Assembly (NCBI GenBank): GCA_963666925.2
Contig: CAXXTC010000001.1
Location: 1-64,000, forward strand
Source: Phycisphaerae bacterium
GTDB lineage: Bacteria; Planctomycetota; Phycisphaerae; UBA1845; Fen-1342
Direction: 5' to 3'
Length of the DNA stretch: 64,000 nt
Shown here in pieces: positions 8,558-18,097 of the stretch (position 1 is its first letter; every line of letters starts with the position of its first letter). Made by a program: the position numbers and the translations under genes. The notes below the pieces were generated by a model. It saw only the letters and a program-made list of their open reading frames with translations. It did no database searches and had not been told where the DNA came from.

Positions 8558-11326
8558 CTATGGCACTGGTATACAGCTTCCGCTGACCAGGTTATCCACA
8601 AAGAGATCGATGTCGCTGAAGTTGACGATGCCGTCCCAATTGGCATCGTTCTGCAGGTAGTCGCAGGTCGGGCTGGTGGGGAATTTGGCTTCCCACTCGG
8701 CCGGACTGACGAGAGCGGCAACGAAGAAGTCAATGTCGGTGAAGTTGACGATGCCGTCACAGTTGCTGTCGCCGTGGCACTCGCACTCGTCACCGTGACC
8801 GTTGTTGTTCAGGTCGGTGCAGGGTATGTCGTCGCCGAGATAGGTGCCATCGCCGGCTGCGCAGTCTTCGGGGGTGAGCATGGCGCAGGTGTAGTCGGTC
8901 TGGCAGCAAGCGCCGGTGATGGGCTGTGGGCAAGGGTTGGGGTTACAGGTGGTATCGTCACCCTGGTAGCTGTTGCCGGCGGCGATGCAGTCGTCTTCTT
9001 CGAGGATGGCACAGGAGCCGTCCGCGGTGCAACAGGCGCCCTGGGCGCGTGGGCAGGGATTGGGTAGACAGGTGGTGCCGATGCCCTGGAAGCTGCCGGC
9101 GGCGGCGATGCAGTCGTCCTCTTCGAGGACAGTGCAGGTGCCGCCCGCGGCGCAGCAAGCGCCGGTTTGCTCAGGAACGCAGTTAGGACCGTCGAGTTCG
9201 AGAATGAAGTCGCCGGCGGTGTCGTTGCCGGAGATGCGGATGAAGTAGGTGTTTTCAGCAGCGACGGAGATGCTCAGCGCGGATTGTTCAGTGGGAAGCC
9301 AACCGCAGGCGCCGAACCAACTGGTGTCGTCATTGCAGGCGATCTGGTTGGCGCTGGTTCCGGGGCAGCCGGTATGTACGGAGAGTACGGTATCGTAGTA
9401 GGAGTAGCAGAGGTTGATGTCGAGGGTGCCGCTACGGGCGGGAGTGTAGCGATACCAGACGTCGGCGGTTGAGTTCGATGATCCACAGTCGGCGGAGCCG
9501 TCGTTGGTCATGTCGGTGGTGGCGCCGCCGTATCGTCCGGGGCTGGCCGGGCTGGCCTGTTCGCACGAGTCGTTCTCGGGGGCCGGGCCCTGCCACATGT
9601 TGTGGGCGCCGAAGCCGGTGATGATCTCGGTGAAGTGGGGCGTGCCGTCATAGATGTCGCCGTTGTCATCGTCGAGAGTGAGGAAGTCGATCGCGATCTG
9701 AGGGGTGATCAACTCGCCTGTATGGAGCAGGATGGAGTTGACGGTGAGACAGGAGAGAATCTGAAGATAGTCGGTCGGTTCGGTGACAATGAGTTCGTTG
9801 CGTGTGTCCCAGATGCAGCCGGAGAGAAGCTGGGCGCAGTCGTGATCTTCGCCGGTGCATGGGTATTGGTCGTCGTTGTCGGCGCTGCGCAGGCCGACGT
9901 TGCAGTCGCCGTCGTAGCCGGCGCCGAGGGTGGGGTCGTCGGCGTTCAGCAGGCTGAAGCAGTCGCTCATGCCCTCGCCATACTGCCCCTGGCCGCTGCC
10001 ACCACACTCAATGGCGTGATGGCCGTATTCGTGATGGATGACGCTTTGCCAGGCGGTGTTGGCGTAGTCACCGTCGGCGGCGCAAAAGCTCATGGAGAAG
10101 CCGTCGTACCAGGCGTTTCCTGGGCAGTATTCGTCGGTGCGATTGACATAGATGGGGAAATCGGTCTGGGTGGAGATGGTGGGGTACGCGGGGTTCTGGG
10201 CCAGGACCCAGTCGCGGATGATGTTGGCCTGGATGTAGCCGTTGATCTGGGCGCGGATGAACTCGTCCGTGTTATCGGCGTTGTGCAGGAACATCGCCGG
10301 CCCGGGCGGTGCTACTGAGATGCTCAGGGTTTCCTCGCTCACCTGAACATCGTCCACGTCGAAAAACTCGCCCGACATGTAGGAGTAGACGGTGGCCGGT
10401 GCGGTACCGTCGTGGGAGATGACAAAGTTGCCGTTACCGTCGGCGTAGGCAGTGCCGCCGCCTTCAACGGAGACACGGGCATGTGGCATGGCCGTGGCAG
10501 GCTCATCGTTGCAGTAGTCGGCCTTGGAACCTTCGGTGGCCCGGGCGCTGACTGAGCCGGTGATGTCGGTGAAGTTAATCAGGTTGCGCTGATAGAGCAC
10601 CTCGGCGGTGACGGGATCGACCACGAAGAGATGACGCAGCGGCACGTCGGCGCCGAGATCGTCGTAGTTGTCGCCGGTGAAGGCAATCGCCAGTCGGGGC
10701 GTGGCGACCTGGTTGTTGACGCCGGCCCAGATGACGGTTTGTGGTTTGGTGAACGTGGTGAGTTCGGTTTCGTAGCGGGTGGCGGGTGAGAAGTCGCGGG
10801 CCGCTTGCAGAACCGTTGGGTCGATTTCGAAATCTTCCAGGGGGCGAAGATTGGCGGCGGCCAGGACGGCGGGATAGTCCCCCGTGTTGCGCACCAGGAT
10901 ACGCAAGTCGCTCTCGAAGACCGGGATGCCGGCGTGATACTGCGAGTAGTAAACCAGGGTGAACTTGTACGTGTTGGTTTCAGAGTTGAACATAACACCC
11001 TGGGTGTTGCCGGTCGTGTTTATCGGGCTGATCGGCAACAAGTCGGCCGGAGCGACGCCGAAGATCCGGGCGTGGTCGCTGCGGAAACTGTCGGCTGTTT
11101 CCGTCGGGCTGGCACCGTTGGCGAAACCGACGCCATATACGCGCGTGAGGCGGTTGTCGGATTCGTGGAACTTGATTCGAGGGTTGAGCTGGATGAAGTC
11201 AGCCCGAGCGGTGCTGATGGCCTGCGCGGTAACGTTGGGAGCTGCTTCTGCCGGCGTTTGTGCGTCGCCGGTGGAGGCGTGGGTGGCACATAGCAGAAGC
11301 GCTGCTACCAGCGCGAAAGGCCTCAT
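8558..11326 (-). CDS. Secreted M4/M36-like zinc metallopeptidase with propeptide, 3 GACC repeats and dockerin-like module
   Basis: Signal peptide MRPFALVAALLLCA after GGAGAG; FTP-like YSQYHAGIPV; NAWY; HHEYGH; GEGMSD; C-terminal GDSNCDGIVNFTDID. Confidence 0.85.
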   Translation of the reverse strand: MRPFALVAALLLCATHASTGDAQTPAEAAPNVTAQAISTARADFIQLNPRIKFHESDNRLTRVYGVGFANGASPTETADSFRSDHARIFGVAPADLLPISPINTTGNTQGVMFNSETNTYKFTLVYYSQYHAGIPVFESDLRILVRNTGDYPAVLAAANLRPLEDFEIDPTVLQAARDFSPATRYETELTTFTKPQTVIWAGVNNQVATPRLAIAFTGDNYDDLGADVPLRHLFVVDPVTAEVLYQRNLINFTDITGSVSARATEGSKADYCNDEPATAMPHARVSVEGGGTAYADGNGNFVISHDGTAPATVYSYMSGEFFDVDDVQVSEETLSISVAPPGPAMFLHNADNTDEFIRAQINGYIQANIIRDWVLAQNPAYPTISTQTDFPIYVNRTDEYCPGNAWYDGFSMSFCAADGDYANTAWQSVIHHEYGHHAIECGGSGQGQYGEGMSDCFSLLNADDPTLGAGYDGDCNVGLRSADNDDQYPCTGEDHDCAQLLSGCIWDTRNELIVTEPTDYLQILSCLTVNSILLHTGELITPQIAIDFLTLDDDNGDIYDGTPHFTEIITGFGAHNMWQGPAPENDSCEQASPASPGRYGGATTDMTNDGSADCGSSNSTADVWYRYTPARSGTLDINLCYSYYDTVLSVHTGCPGTSANQIACNDDTSWFGACGWLPTEQSALSISVAAENTYFIRISGNDTAGDFILELDGPNCVPEQTGACCAAGGTCTVLEEDDCIAAAGSFQGIGTTCLPNPCPRAQGACCTADGSCAILEEDDCIAAGNSYQGDDTTCNPNPCPQPITGACCQTDYTCAMLTPEDCAAGDGTYLGDDIPCTDLNNNGHGDECECHGDSNCDGIVNFTDIDFFVAALVSPAEWEAKFPTSPTCDYLQNDANWDGIVNFSDIDLFVDNLVSGSCIPVP

Positions 11327-11787
11327 GGAACATCTCTCCTTCCAGGATTGAGTGCAATTCTGGCGAGCGGCTGTGAGCGCGCACCACAAGCTTGACGCAT
11401 GGCCCCCCACGCAGGGTTGACGGGCAACTGCTTCACACCCAACTCGTCGGGCGCGCTCGATCAAATCGGGCGCATGCTTATGCAGGTCGGCGCGGCCGAA
11501 CCAGTCACGGGCGGATATCACGCGGGACGAACGAAGTGGAAAGCTCTGCGCCGCCCGAGAGAAAGCGCGCCATTGACCTGCTCAAATACTAATACTAGCA
11601 GAAGGGCACCAGGGGTTCCAACGATAAACCGCATCGCTCGCGAAAGTGTTATGGGACTGTGAAGATTTGTTATTAAGCCGTTTCAATGAATTCCGAGAGG
11701 CAATGTACGGTTTCGTGGGGCGTCAGGCTTGGCGTGATCAGGCCGCATTCGCATCGCGGCCGCTGGGTTGGTGATGTTGTGCGGCGA

Positions 11788-12402
11788 TCAGGGGTTCGGT
11801 GCGGCGGGTTGGGTGGTTGTTGTCGAGACGGGAGCTTCGGGCTCGAAGTCCAGGGCCACCACGCGCCACTGGTCCTCCGCATCGCGGAGACAGGCAATGT
11901 GAATGACGGTGTCGTCGTTGGGACCATGCGCCGGTACACGCACGGTGGTCCAGGAGTCGTCACGGGTCGGGTGGACGGAGAGTTGGTCGAAGGCGAAACC
12001 GTCGGCGTAGTACATGACGGCCGACGCCCAGCTCTCGACAAGTCGGCGGAACCGCGGCAGGCTCCCACCGAGGATTGGGCCGCCCTCGCTGCGCTGGCGC
12101 ATCGGGCGCAGGGCATTGCGGTCAAGCACGTGCCAGATGATCTGGTCGCGGGCTCGGTCGGCCCGCTCCTGATCTTCAACAGCCATCGCAGTACAGTGCT
12201 CGCAGAGCAGCGTGAGAAACGCACGGGTAACGCCGCCGGCGGTTTGCGTGTCCAGGTTGGCTGGCGGGGGAGGTTTCGTGGCGGTCGGTTTGTGAGCGGA
12301 TTCACAGCCGCTGGCGAGAATCATCGTCAGGGTGGCAATGATGCCGGCGCGGACGAGGCTGCCATGCGTTCGTTGACTGGCATTGGGCTTGGAGTGCATC
12401 AC
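11788..12402 (-). CDS. Hypothetical lipoprotein
   Basis: Hydrophobic leader with lipobox LASGC; start overlaps the metG stop. Confidence 0.7.
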   Translation of the reverse strand: MMHSKPNASQRTHGSLVRAGIIATLTMILASGCESAHKPTATKPPPPANLDTQTAGGVTRAFLTLLCEHCTAMAVEDQERADRARDQIIWHVLDRNALRPMRQRSEGGPILGGSLPRFRRLVESWASAVMYYADGFAFDQLSVHPTRDDSWTTVRVPAHGPNDDTVIHIACLRDAEDQWRVVALDFEPEAPVSTTTTQPAAPNP

Positions 12403-14084
12403 CGCAGGACACCTTCTTCAAGCTTGGTGAATAGGATTTCGGGCTGGCCTAGCTGGTGGTCGGCGGGCGGCGCCGGCGGTGCGGCCCAGCGTGGCGGATC
12501 GGTCGGCTGGTTGAGCATTTTCAGCAGACGCTGCGCTGCGCGAGGCATGAACGGCCAGATGAGAACCGCCAGAAAGTGACTGGCATGTACGCACGTGGCA
12601 ATGGTTGCGGCACAGTCGTCGAGGTTTTCCTTGCGCGTGCGCCACGGTTCGCGCTTGCTGAAATACTCGTTGCAGAGTCGAGCGTAGGCCATCAACTCTT
12701 CGAGCCCGACGCGGAAGCGGTGCTCTTCGATGCAGGTGCCGACGCGCTTGAGCGATTCCTCGGCCTGGGCGATGTGGGCCTGATCGTCGGCGGTGCGGGC
12801 CGCGTTGTCAGGGACCTTTCCGTCGAAGTAGCGAGCCGCAAACGAGAGCGAGCGATTGACGAAATTGCCCAGGGCGGCGACCAACTCAGAATCGATGCGC
12901 GTGACGAATTCGTCCGGGTCAAATGCCGTCCGGGCAACTTCGGGGGCCTGGGCCGTCAGGTAGTAGCGTAGCGCGTCGGGGTCGAGGCCACGCTTCAGGT
13001 ATTCGCCGATCCAGACCGGTGCGTCGGGGGCGGTTTCACTTTTGCTAATCTTGCGCAGCTCCCCGTCGACGCGGAGATTCATGAAGTTGTTGGCGACAAC
13101 GGCGGCGGGGAGTTGGTGGCGTCCCTCGGCCATGAGCATGGCCGGCCAGGTGAGCGCGTGAAAGACCGTGTTGTCTTCGCCAATAAAATGGACGATGGCG
13201 GTGTCGGGATCGCACCACCACTGTTCGTAGGCCGATGCGGCGCCTTCATGAGCGGCGCACCATGCCGCGGTGAACGACATGTAGCCGATGGGGGCGTCGA
13301 ACCAGACGTAGAGGACCTTGCCGGCGGCATCGGGGTCATCGAGTGGAACGGGCACGCCCCACTCGATATCGCGGGTCATGGATCGTTCTGGCAGACCCTG
13401 CTTGATCTGGCCAAGTGCGAAGTTCAGCACATTGGTACGCCACTGACCTTCCTTGGACTGGAGCCACTCGCGGAGGGGTTCCTGGAACCGATCGAGTCGC
13501 AAATACCAGTGCGTGGTTTCGCGGATTTCGGCCGGCTGTTGGGTGATGACGCTGATGGGGTCCTTTAGCAAGAGTGGGTCGATCATTTGCCCGCAATCGT
13601 CGCACTGGTCGCCGGTAGCGCGGGGGTGCCCGCAATGGTGACAGGTGCCGCGAACGAAGCGGTCGGGCAGAAAGCGGTTGGCCTGGGGGTCGAAGAGCTG
13701 CTTGGTGCGGCGCTTAGTGAAGAAGCCCTTTTCGTGGATGGTCTTGAAGAAGTCCTGGCTTAACTGTTGGTGGAGCTCCACGAAGTCGGCATGGTGAGTG
13801 CCGCCGTAGACGTCGAACTCGATGCCCAGGCCGGCGAAGTCGTCGCGCTGGAGATCATGGTAATGTAGGGCGATCTTCTCCGGAGTGGTTTCGTCCTGGA
13901 GTGCGGAGATCTCGATGGCGACGCCGTTGTCATCACTGCCGCAGATGAAGCGGACGTCGTGACCGCAGGCGCGCAGATAGCGGACGTATATGTCGGCTGG
14001 TAGATAGGCGCCGGCGATGTGTCCGACGTGGAGGCGGTTGTTTGAATAGGGTAGGGCGGCGGTAACGAGATAGCGCTTGGGCAT
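12399..14084 (-). CDS. metG: Methionine--tRNA ligase, without C-terminal Trbp111-like domain
   Basis: LVTAALPY, HVGH, two CxxC knuckles, YVWFDA, KISKS, LGNFVNR. Confidence 0.95.
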   Translation of the reverse strand: MPKRYLVTAALPYSNNRLHVGHIAGAYLPADIYVRYLRACGHDVRFICGSDDNGVAIEISALQDETTPEKIALHYHDLQRDDFAGLGIEFDVYGGTHHADFVELHQQLSQDFFKTIHEKGFFTKRRTKQLFDPQANRFLPDRFVRGTCHHCGHPRATGDQCDDCGQMIDPLLLKDPISVITQQPAEIRETTHWYLRLDRFQEPLREWLQSKEGQWRTNVLNFALGQIKQGLPERSMTRDIEWGVPVPLDDPDAAGKVLYVWFDAPIGYMSFTAAWCAAHEGAASAYEQWWCDPDTAIVHFIGEDNTVFHALTWPAMLMAEGRHQLPAAVVANNFMNLRVDGELRKISKSETAPDAPVWIGEYLKRGLDPDALRYYLTAQAPEVARTAFDPDEFVTRIDSELVAALGNFVNRSLSFAARYFDGKVPDNAARTADDQAHIAQAEESLKRVGTCIEEHRFRVGLEELMAYARLCNEYFSKREPWRTRKENLDDCAATIATCVHASHFLAVLIWPFMPRAAQRLLKMLNQPTDPPRWAAPPAPPADHQLGQPEILFTKLEEGVLR

Positions 14085-14183
14085 GCGTGACGTCTCCAGG
14101 AGTACTATCAATACAGATGCTAAAGGGGGGCAGCCTGCGGTTCAATGAGTCGGGCTGAAGGGTGAGTGTCAGACGTACAGCGC

Positions 14184-14232
14184 AAGAGAAGACGCGCCGA
14201 TCGGCAGTCGAACTTAATGCCGTCGGCGCGTC
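14184..14232 (-). terminator. Probable terminator downstream of the microprotein pair
   Basis: GACGCGCCGA(T)CGGCA...TGCCGTCGGCGCGTC stem followed by TTCTCTT on the minus strand. Confidence 0.6.
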
Positions 14233-14277
14233 AATTCCACGTGCCGTCCAGAGGACGGCCCGCGCTGGGGTCCACCA

Positions 14278-14367
14278 CTAGGCGGCGGCGGTCAGCGCGT
14301 TCCAGATCAGAAGGGCAATGACGCCGAATACGATCCAGGGAATGAAGCTCAGGAACCAATCCCACAT
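14278..14367 (-). CDS. 29-aa hydrophobic microprotein MWDWFLSFIPWIVFGVIALLIWNALTAAA
   Basis: AAAGGAG RBS 7 nt before the ATG; single TM helix; paralogous to 14466-14558. Confidence 0.7.
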   Translation of the reverse strand: MWDWFLSFIPWIVFGVIALLIWNALTAAA

Positions 14368-14465
14368 GTTCAAACTCCTTTCAAACGAGTCCACTCGCTC
14401 TGTTTTCGCCGCGCCGGCGAAAACCTGTTGCACAACACATACACAAAATGTCTGGCGACCATGAA

Positions 14466-14558
14466 TTAAGGCGTGATGAGGCTGTTAATCACAAGCACGG
14501 CAATCGCGCCTGCGACAAACCAGCCGAACCAGCCCATATTCATTAGCCACGCAAACAT
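14466..14558 (-). CDS. 30-aa hydrophobic microprotein MFAWLMNMGWFGWFVAGAIAVLVINSLITP
   Basis: TAAGG RBS-like site upstream; shares the W-x-V-x-G-x-I-A-x-L-x-x-N-x-L pattern with the neighbouring peptide. Confidence 0.6.
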   Translation of the reverse strand: MFAWLMNMGWFGWFVAGAIAVLVINSLITP

Positions 14559-14655
14559 CAGTACACTTACCTTAAAACCAGCATTCCAGCTCTTTCGTCG
14601 CGTTTCGATGCGCCCCGAAAAGGACGAAGTGAAACCGCTGGAATAAACGCGGGGT

Positions 14656-14730
14656 ATTGTTGCCGCTTGAACCACGGACGTCAACACGCCCAATCGACAG
14701 AAATTATGCTCGCAGAAGCGTGGTTGACAA
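14656..14730 (-). promoter_or_regulatory. Two tandem sigma70-like promoters
   Basis: TTGTCA-N16-CATAAT (14730-14703) and TTGACG-N17-AACAAT (14684-14656) in an AT-richer spacer. Confidence 0.55.
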
Positions 14731-14792
14731 CCCCGGAAGCCCTGGGATTTTTAAGAAATTGTGATTTGATGTATGCGATAGACGGATTTCCG

Positions 14793-15797
14793 TCAGTTGG
14801 CGGCCCCGAAGTTGGCCGAGATGGATTTGGCTTGTCCGGGGTCGCCGCGGAAGTCGGCTGGCAATTGCCAGCGGCGAAGTCGTGGTTCGGAGTGTCGTGT
14901 TTCCTGGGCGGCATGGCAGAGGGCCTGTTCCAGTTGGCCGGTTGTTGTAGTACGGCGATTAACGCACACGAGCAACATACCGGGTTCGCTCAGCAGCTTG
15001 AGCGCACCGGCGACGAGCCGGCCGAGATCGCTGCTGAGAGCCAGCGTGCGCCGACCGGGCCCGGAGCGCGAAAACGTGGGCGGATCGAGGATGATAAGGT
15101 CGAAACACTGACGTTGACGTTCTGCCCGACGGTAATAGTCGAAAATGTCGGAACAGATGAAACGATGCTGGTCGAGCGTGATGTCGTTGGCGGCCAGGTT
15201 GCGTCGGCCCCAGGCTAACGCCTTGCGCGAAAGATCTACGCTCACCGTGGCGGCGGACTCGCCACAAGCGGCCGATACAGTGTACCCGCACGTGTAAGAA
15301 AAAGTGTTGAGGACTCGGCGGCCACATGCCCACGTGCGCACCCGGGCGCGGTGGTCGCGATGATCCAGAAAAAGCCCGGTGGCGTAGCCATCGTAGGCCC
15401 GCACCAGGAAGGTCAATCCGTTTTCGCGAACGGGGAACTCCGCCGGCAGTGGCGTGCCGAGCCACGGCTGCGGATCGCGCAGTTGTTCAAGCAGCTTCGG
15501 ATTGGCCTGGCTGCGGTCCTGTGGAAACAGCTTGCGATAGACGGCCGTCGCACCGACACGCTCGGCCGCATGGGCACACAGGTCACGCAGGATATCCTCG
15601 TCGGTGTTGAGCTGGCCGGCGTGGAGTTGGGCGATCAGGGCCGGTCCGAGACGCTCCAGCACCAGGCCGGGGATGCCTTCGCCGGAGCCGTTGAGGAGCC
15701 GGCCAACGTTAGTGTCGGGATCTTTCAGCAGGGGGCGGCGAGCGTCGAGGGCGCGGTCCAGCCGGCGGTGCAGTTGCTCGCGCAGGGACGCACTCAT
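14793..15797 (-). CDS. RlmI/RlmK-family class I SAM-dependent rRNA methyltransferase
   Basis: TGLFLDHR, VLNTFSYTCG, VDLS, FDLIILDPPTFS. Confidence 0.85.
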   Translation of the reverse strand: MSASLREQLHRRLDRALDARRPLLKDPDTNVGRLLNGSGEGIPGLVLERLGPALIAQLHAGQLNTDEDILRDLCAHAAERVGATAVYRKLFPQDRSQANPKLLEQLRDPQPWLGTPLPAEFPVRENGLTFLVRAYDGYATGLFLDHRDHRARVRTWACGRRVLNTFSYTCGYTVSAACGESAATVSVDLSRKALAWGRRNLAANDITLDQHRFICSDIFDYYRRAERQRQCFDLIILDPPTFSRSGPGRRTLALSSDLGRLVAGALKLLSEPGMLLVCVNRRTTTTGQLEQALCHAAQETRHSEPRLRRWQLPADFRGDPGQAKSISANFGAAN

Positions 15798-17080
15798 CGC
15801 TCCGGCACGCGCACCACGTGGTAGTGCTTCTTACCTTTGCGGAGGATGATGTGCCCGCCCGGGAGGCAATCGTCGTCCGAGAGCGTGTAGTCCGGGTCGG
15901 TGATGGCGACATTGTTCACCGAGATGGCGCCGGCAGGCAGGTCCTTGCGGGCCCGACCGCGGGATGGATAGAGACCGACCTCGGCTACCACTGCGACAAG
16001 GTTCGCGTCGGGGGTGCCCAACTGCTCGGGCGACAGCTCAGTCGTCGGCGCGCCCTGGAAAGCCTCACGCAACTCCTGGGCGGACAGCTCGCGATAGTCG
16101 GCGTTCCTGTTGAACAGGACGCTGGTGGCGCGCTCGGCGCGCGTCAGGGCATCGGAGCCGTGAACGATCCGGGTGATCTCCTGAGCGAGCGTCTTTTGGG
16201 CATCGCGCTTTTCGGGGGCCTGCTCGGAGGCGGCAATGATATCGGTGATCTGCGCGACGGGCAGGAACGTGAACGTCAGTAGGTATTTCCGGACATCCTG
16301 GTCGGGCGTGTTCAGCCAGTATTGGTAAAACTGGTAGGGGCTGGTGCGATCGGGGCTGAGCCAGATGTTCCCTTCTTCAGACTTGCCGAACTTTTTGCCG
16401 TCGGAGCGGGTGATGAGCGGCGTGGTAAGGGCGAAGGCGTCGGCGCCGCGGAGGCGGCGGATGAGGTCGGCTCCGGAGCAGATGTTGCCCCACTGGTCGC
16501 TGCCGCCTATCTGGAGCGTACACTTGTAGCGGTCATAGAGGGCGAGGAAGTCATAGGCCTGGAGCAGCATATAGGAGAATTCGGTGAATGAAAGGCCGGT
16601 TTCGCGAGCTTCGAGGCGCATGCGGACAGAGTCGCGCATGACCATCTGGTTGACGGAGAAGTGCTTGCCGATATCGCGCAGGAATTCGACCAGGTTCAGC
16701 TTGGTGAGCCAGTCGGCGTTGTTGACGACGACGACATCGTCGGCGTCGCCGAGGATGCGCTCGACCTCGGCGCGGATGCCGGCGAGGTTGTGTTCAAGCT
16801 GTTCGGTGCTGAGTAGTGTGCGTTCGTCCTCCTTGCCGCTGGGATCGCCGATGAGCCCGGTGCCGCCGCCGACGAGGGCGATAGGGCGGTGGCCGGCCTG
16901 CTGGAGGCGGCGGAGGTTGAGCAAGTGCACGAGGTTGCCAATGTGCAGGCTATCGGAGGTGGGGTCGAAGCCAGCATATGCGACCAGGCGCTTTTGGCGT
17001 AGCCGGTCGGCCAGTTCGGGCGCGGAGCATTGGTGAATGAGGTCGCGATGCTCGATTTCTGTGTAGAAGTCGCTGTTCAT
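15794..17080 (-). CDS. tyrS: Tyrosine--tRNA ligase
   Basis: YAGFDPT..SLHIGN, QIGGSDQWGNI, KFGKS and a C-terminal S4 domain; probable start MNSDF. Confidence 0.95.
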   Translation of the reverse strand: MNSDFYTEIEHRDLIHQCSAPELADRLRQKRLVAYAGFDPTSDSLHIGNLVHLLNLRRLQQAGHRPIALVGGGTGLIGDPSGKEDERTLLSTEQLEHNLAGIRAEVERILGDADDVVVVNNADWLTKLNLVEFLRDIGKHFSVNQMVMRDSVRMRLEARETGLSFTEFSYMLLQAYDFLALYDRYKCTLQIGGSDQWGNICSGADLIRRLRGADAFALTTPLITRSDGKKFGKSEEGNIWLSPDRTSPYQFYQYWLNTPDQDVRKYLLTFTFLPVAQITDIIAASEQAPEKRDAQKTLAQEITRIVHGSDALTRAERATSVLFNRNADYRELSAQELREAFQGAPTTELSPEQLGTPDANLVAVVAEVGLYPSRGRARKDLPAGAISVNNVAITDPDYTLSDDDCLPGGHIILRKGKKHYHVVRVPER

Positions 17081-17236
17081 GATGGGCGTATGATAACACA
17101 CGCGCCGCGGACCGCGAGCGGCGGTGATTGGCCGGTAGTAACTGGATGAGGTGTTGGACAGGCCTGCGGCGCACACCACAATTGGGCCCCGGAGGCCCAC
17201 CCGATGTACTTGCCGCAGACCCGTGCTACGAGCGTG

Positions 17237-17728
17237 CTACCGCAGGCGGAACTGGCCGCGTGCGACCTTGGCGACGTTTGGCATCTGGGTCAGAGCCAAG
17301 CCGACGCTTTTGGCAAGGGTCTTGTTGCGGGATTTGTAGCCGCTGGACATGACCTCGTTGGTGATGTCCTTGACGGACATGGCGCCGCGGCCGTGCAGGA
17401 TCTGCTCGAGGTGCTCCTTGAGCGAACCGGTGCGATAGCGGCCGGTCGCGGAGGCGCCACGTTTGGTCGGCGGCCTGCTCGTAGGCGCGGCAAGGGGGCT
17501 GGCCTGCATGGCTTTGATGGCCTGATCGACCAGGTTGATCTGAGAATCCAGGGCGCTGCGCTGGGTCAGCAGAGACTTGTGATACTGCTGTAGACTGCCG
17601 AGCGCCTGATCGTGCCCGGCAGGCTGGGCAGCGGCCCGGCTGCGGGCCGCCCGCCGCACGCGCCTGGCGCGCTTCGGGGCCTTTGGCTTGGCGGTCTTGC
17701 GGCGCTTGGTTGTCCTCTTCTTGGCCAT
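17237..17728 (-). CDS. Basic protein: K/R/A-rich tail, coiled coil and C-terminal winged-helix-like domain
   Basis: MAKKRTTKRRKTAKPKAPKRARR...; heptad region LLTQRSALDSQINLVDQAI; SLKEHLEQIL...MSVKDITNEV...KVARGQFRL; GGAG RBS. Confidence 0.8.
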   Translation of the reverse strand: MAKKRTTKRRKTAKPKAPKRARRVRRAARSRAAAQPAGHDQALGSLQQYHKSLLTQRSALDSQINLVDQAIKAMQASPLAAPTSRPPTKRGASATGRYRTGSLKEHLEQILHGRGAMSVKDITNEVMSSGYKSRNKTLAKSVGLALTQMPNVAKVARGQFRLR

Positions 17729-17815
17729 TGCATTGAACTCCATAGAAGCGGGGTATATGCAAGCCGATGTTGTGTCTGACGTGTGGTCCGACCGTCAAAC
17801 ATCGGCACAGTCTAT

Positions 17816-17844
17816 CTTGTAGCGCAGTCCCGTCCTGATGTCAA
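17816..17844 (-). promoter_or_regulatory. sigma70-like promoter
   Basis: TTGACA-N17-TACAAG, followed by a 5' UTR hairpin at 17763-17806. Confidence 0.6.
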
Positions 17845-18097
17845 GTGCAGGCCGTTCGAAGTTTCCGGCATGACCCCACACTGGCCGGCATGGTTGTCGC
17901 GGCCCGTCAGATGGACATTGCCAGTCTTGAGAGCGGAAGCGCGGACGACTGGTGTTGGCAGCCGGGACGGTGCTCGATGGTTACCCAGTGCCCTACGGCT
18001 CTACTTGCGGAGTCGTCGACAACTCGCAGCTGCCGGGATCGCTCGGTTGCCTGTGCGTTTCAGCGACTGGCCCGGTGTGCGCAGGTGTAGTCGCGTT

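Noticed and set aside
11330..11600. Long leader upstream of the metallopeptidase as a riboswitch, or the 987-aa extended ORF
   Set aside because: No recognisable aptamer or terminator; the signal peptide and RBS support the 11326 start.
14466..14693. 75-aa ORF from the track
   Set aside because: The 5' part overlaps the promoters and structured leader; the ATG at 14558 with an RBS-like site gives a peptide matching its paralog.
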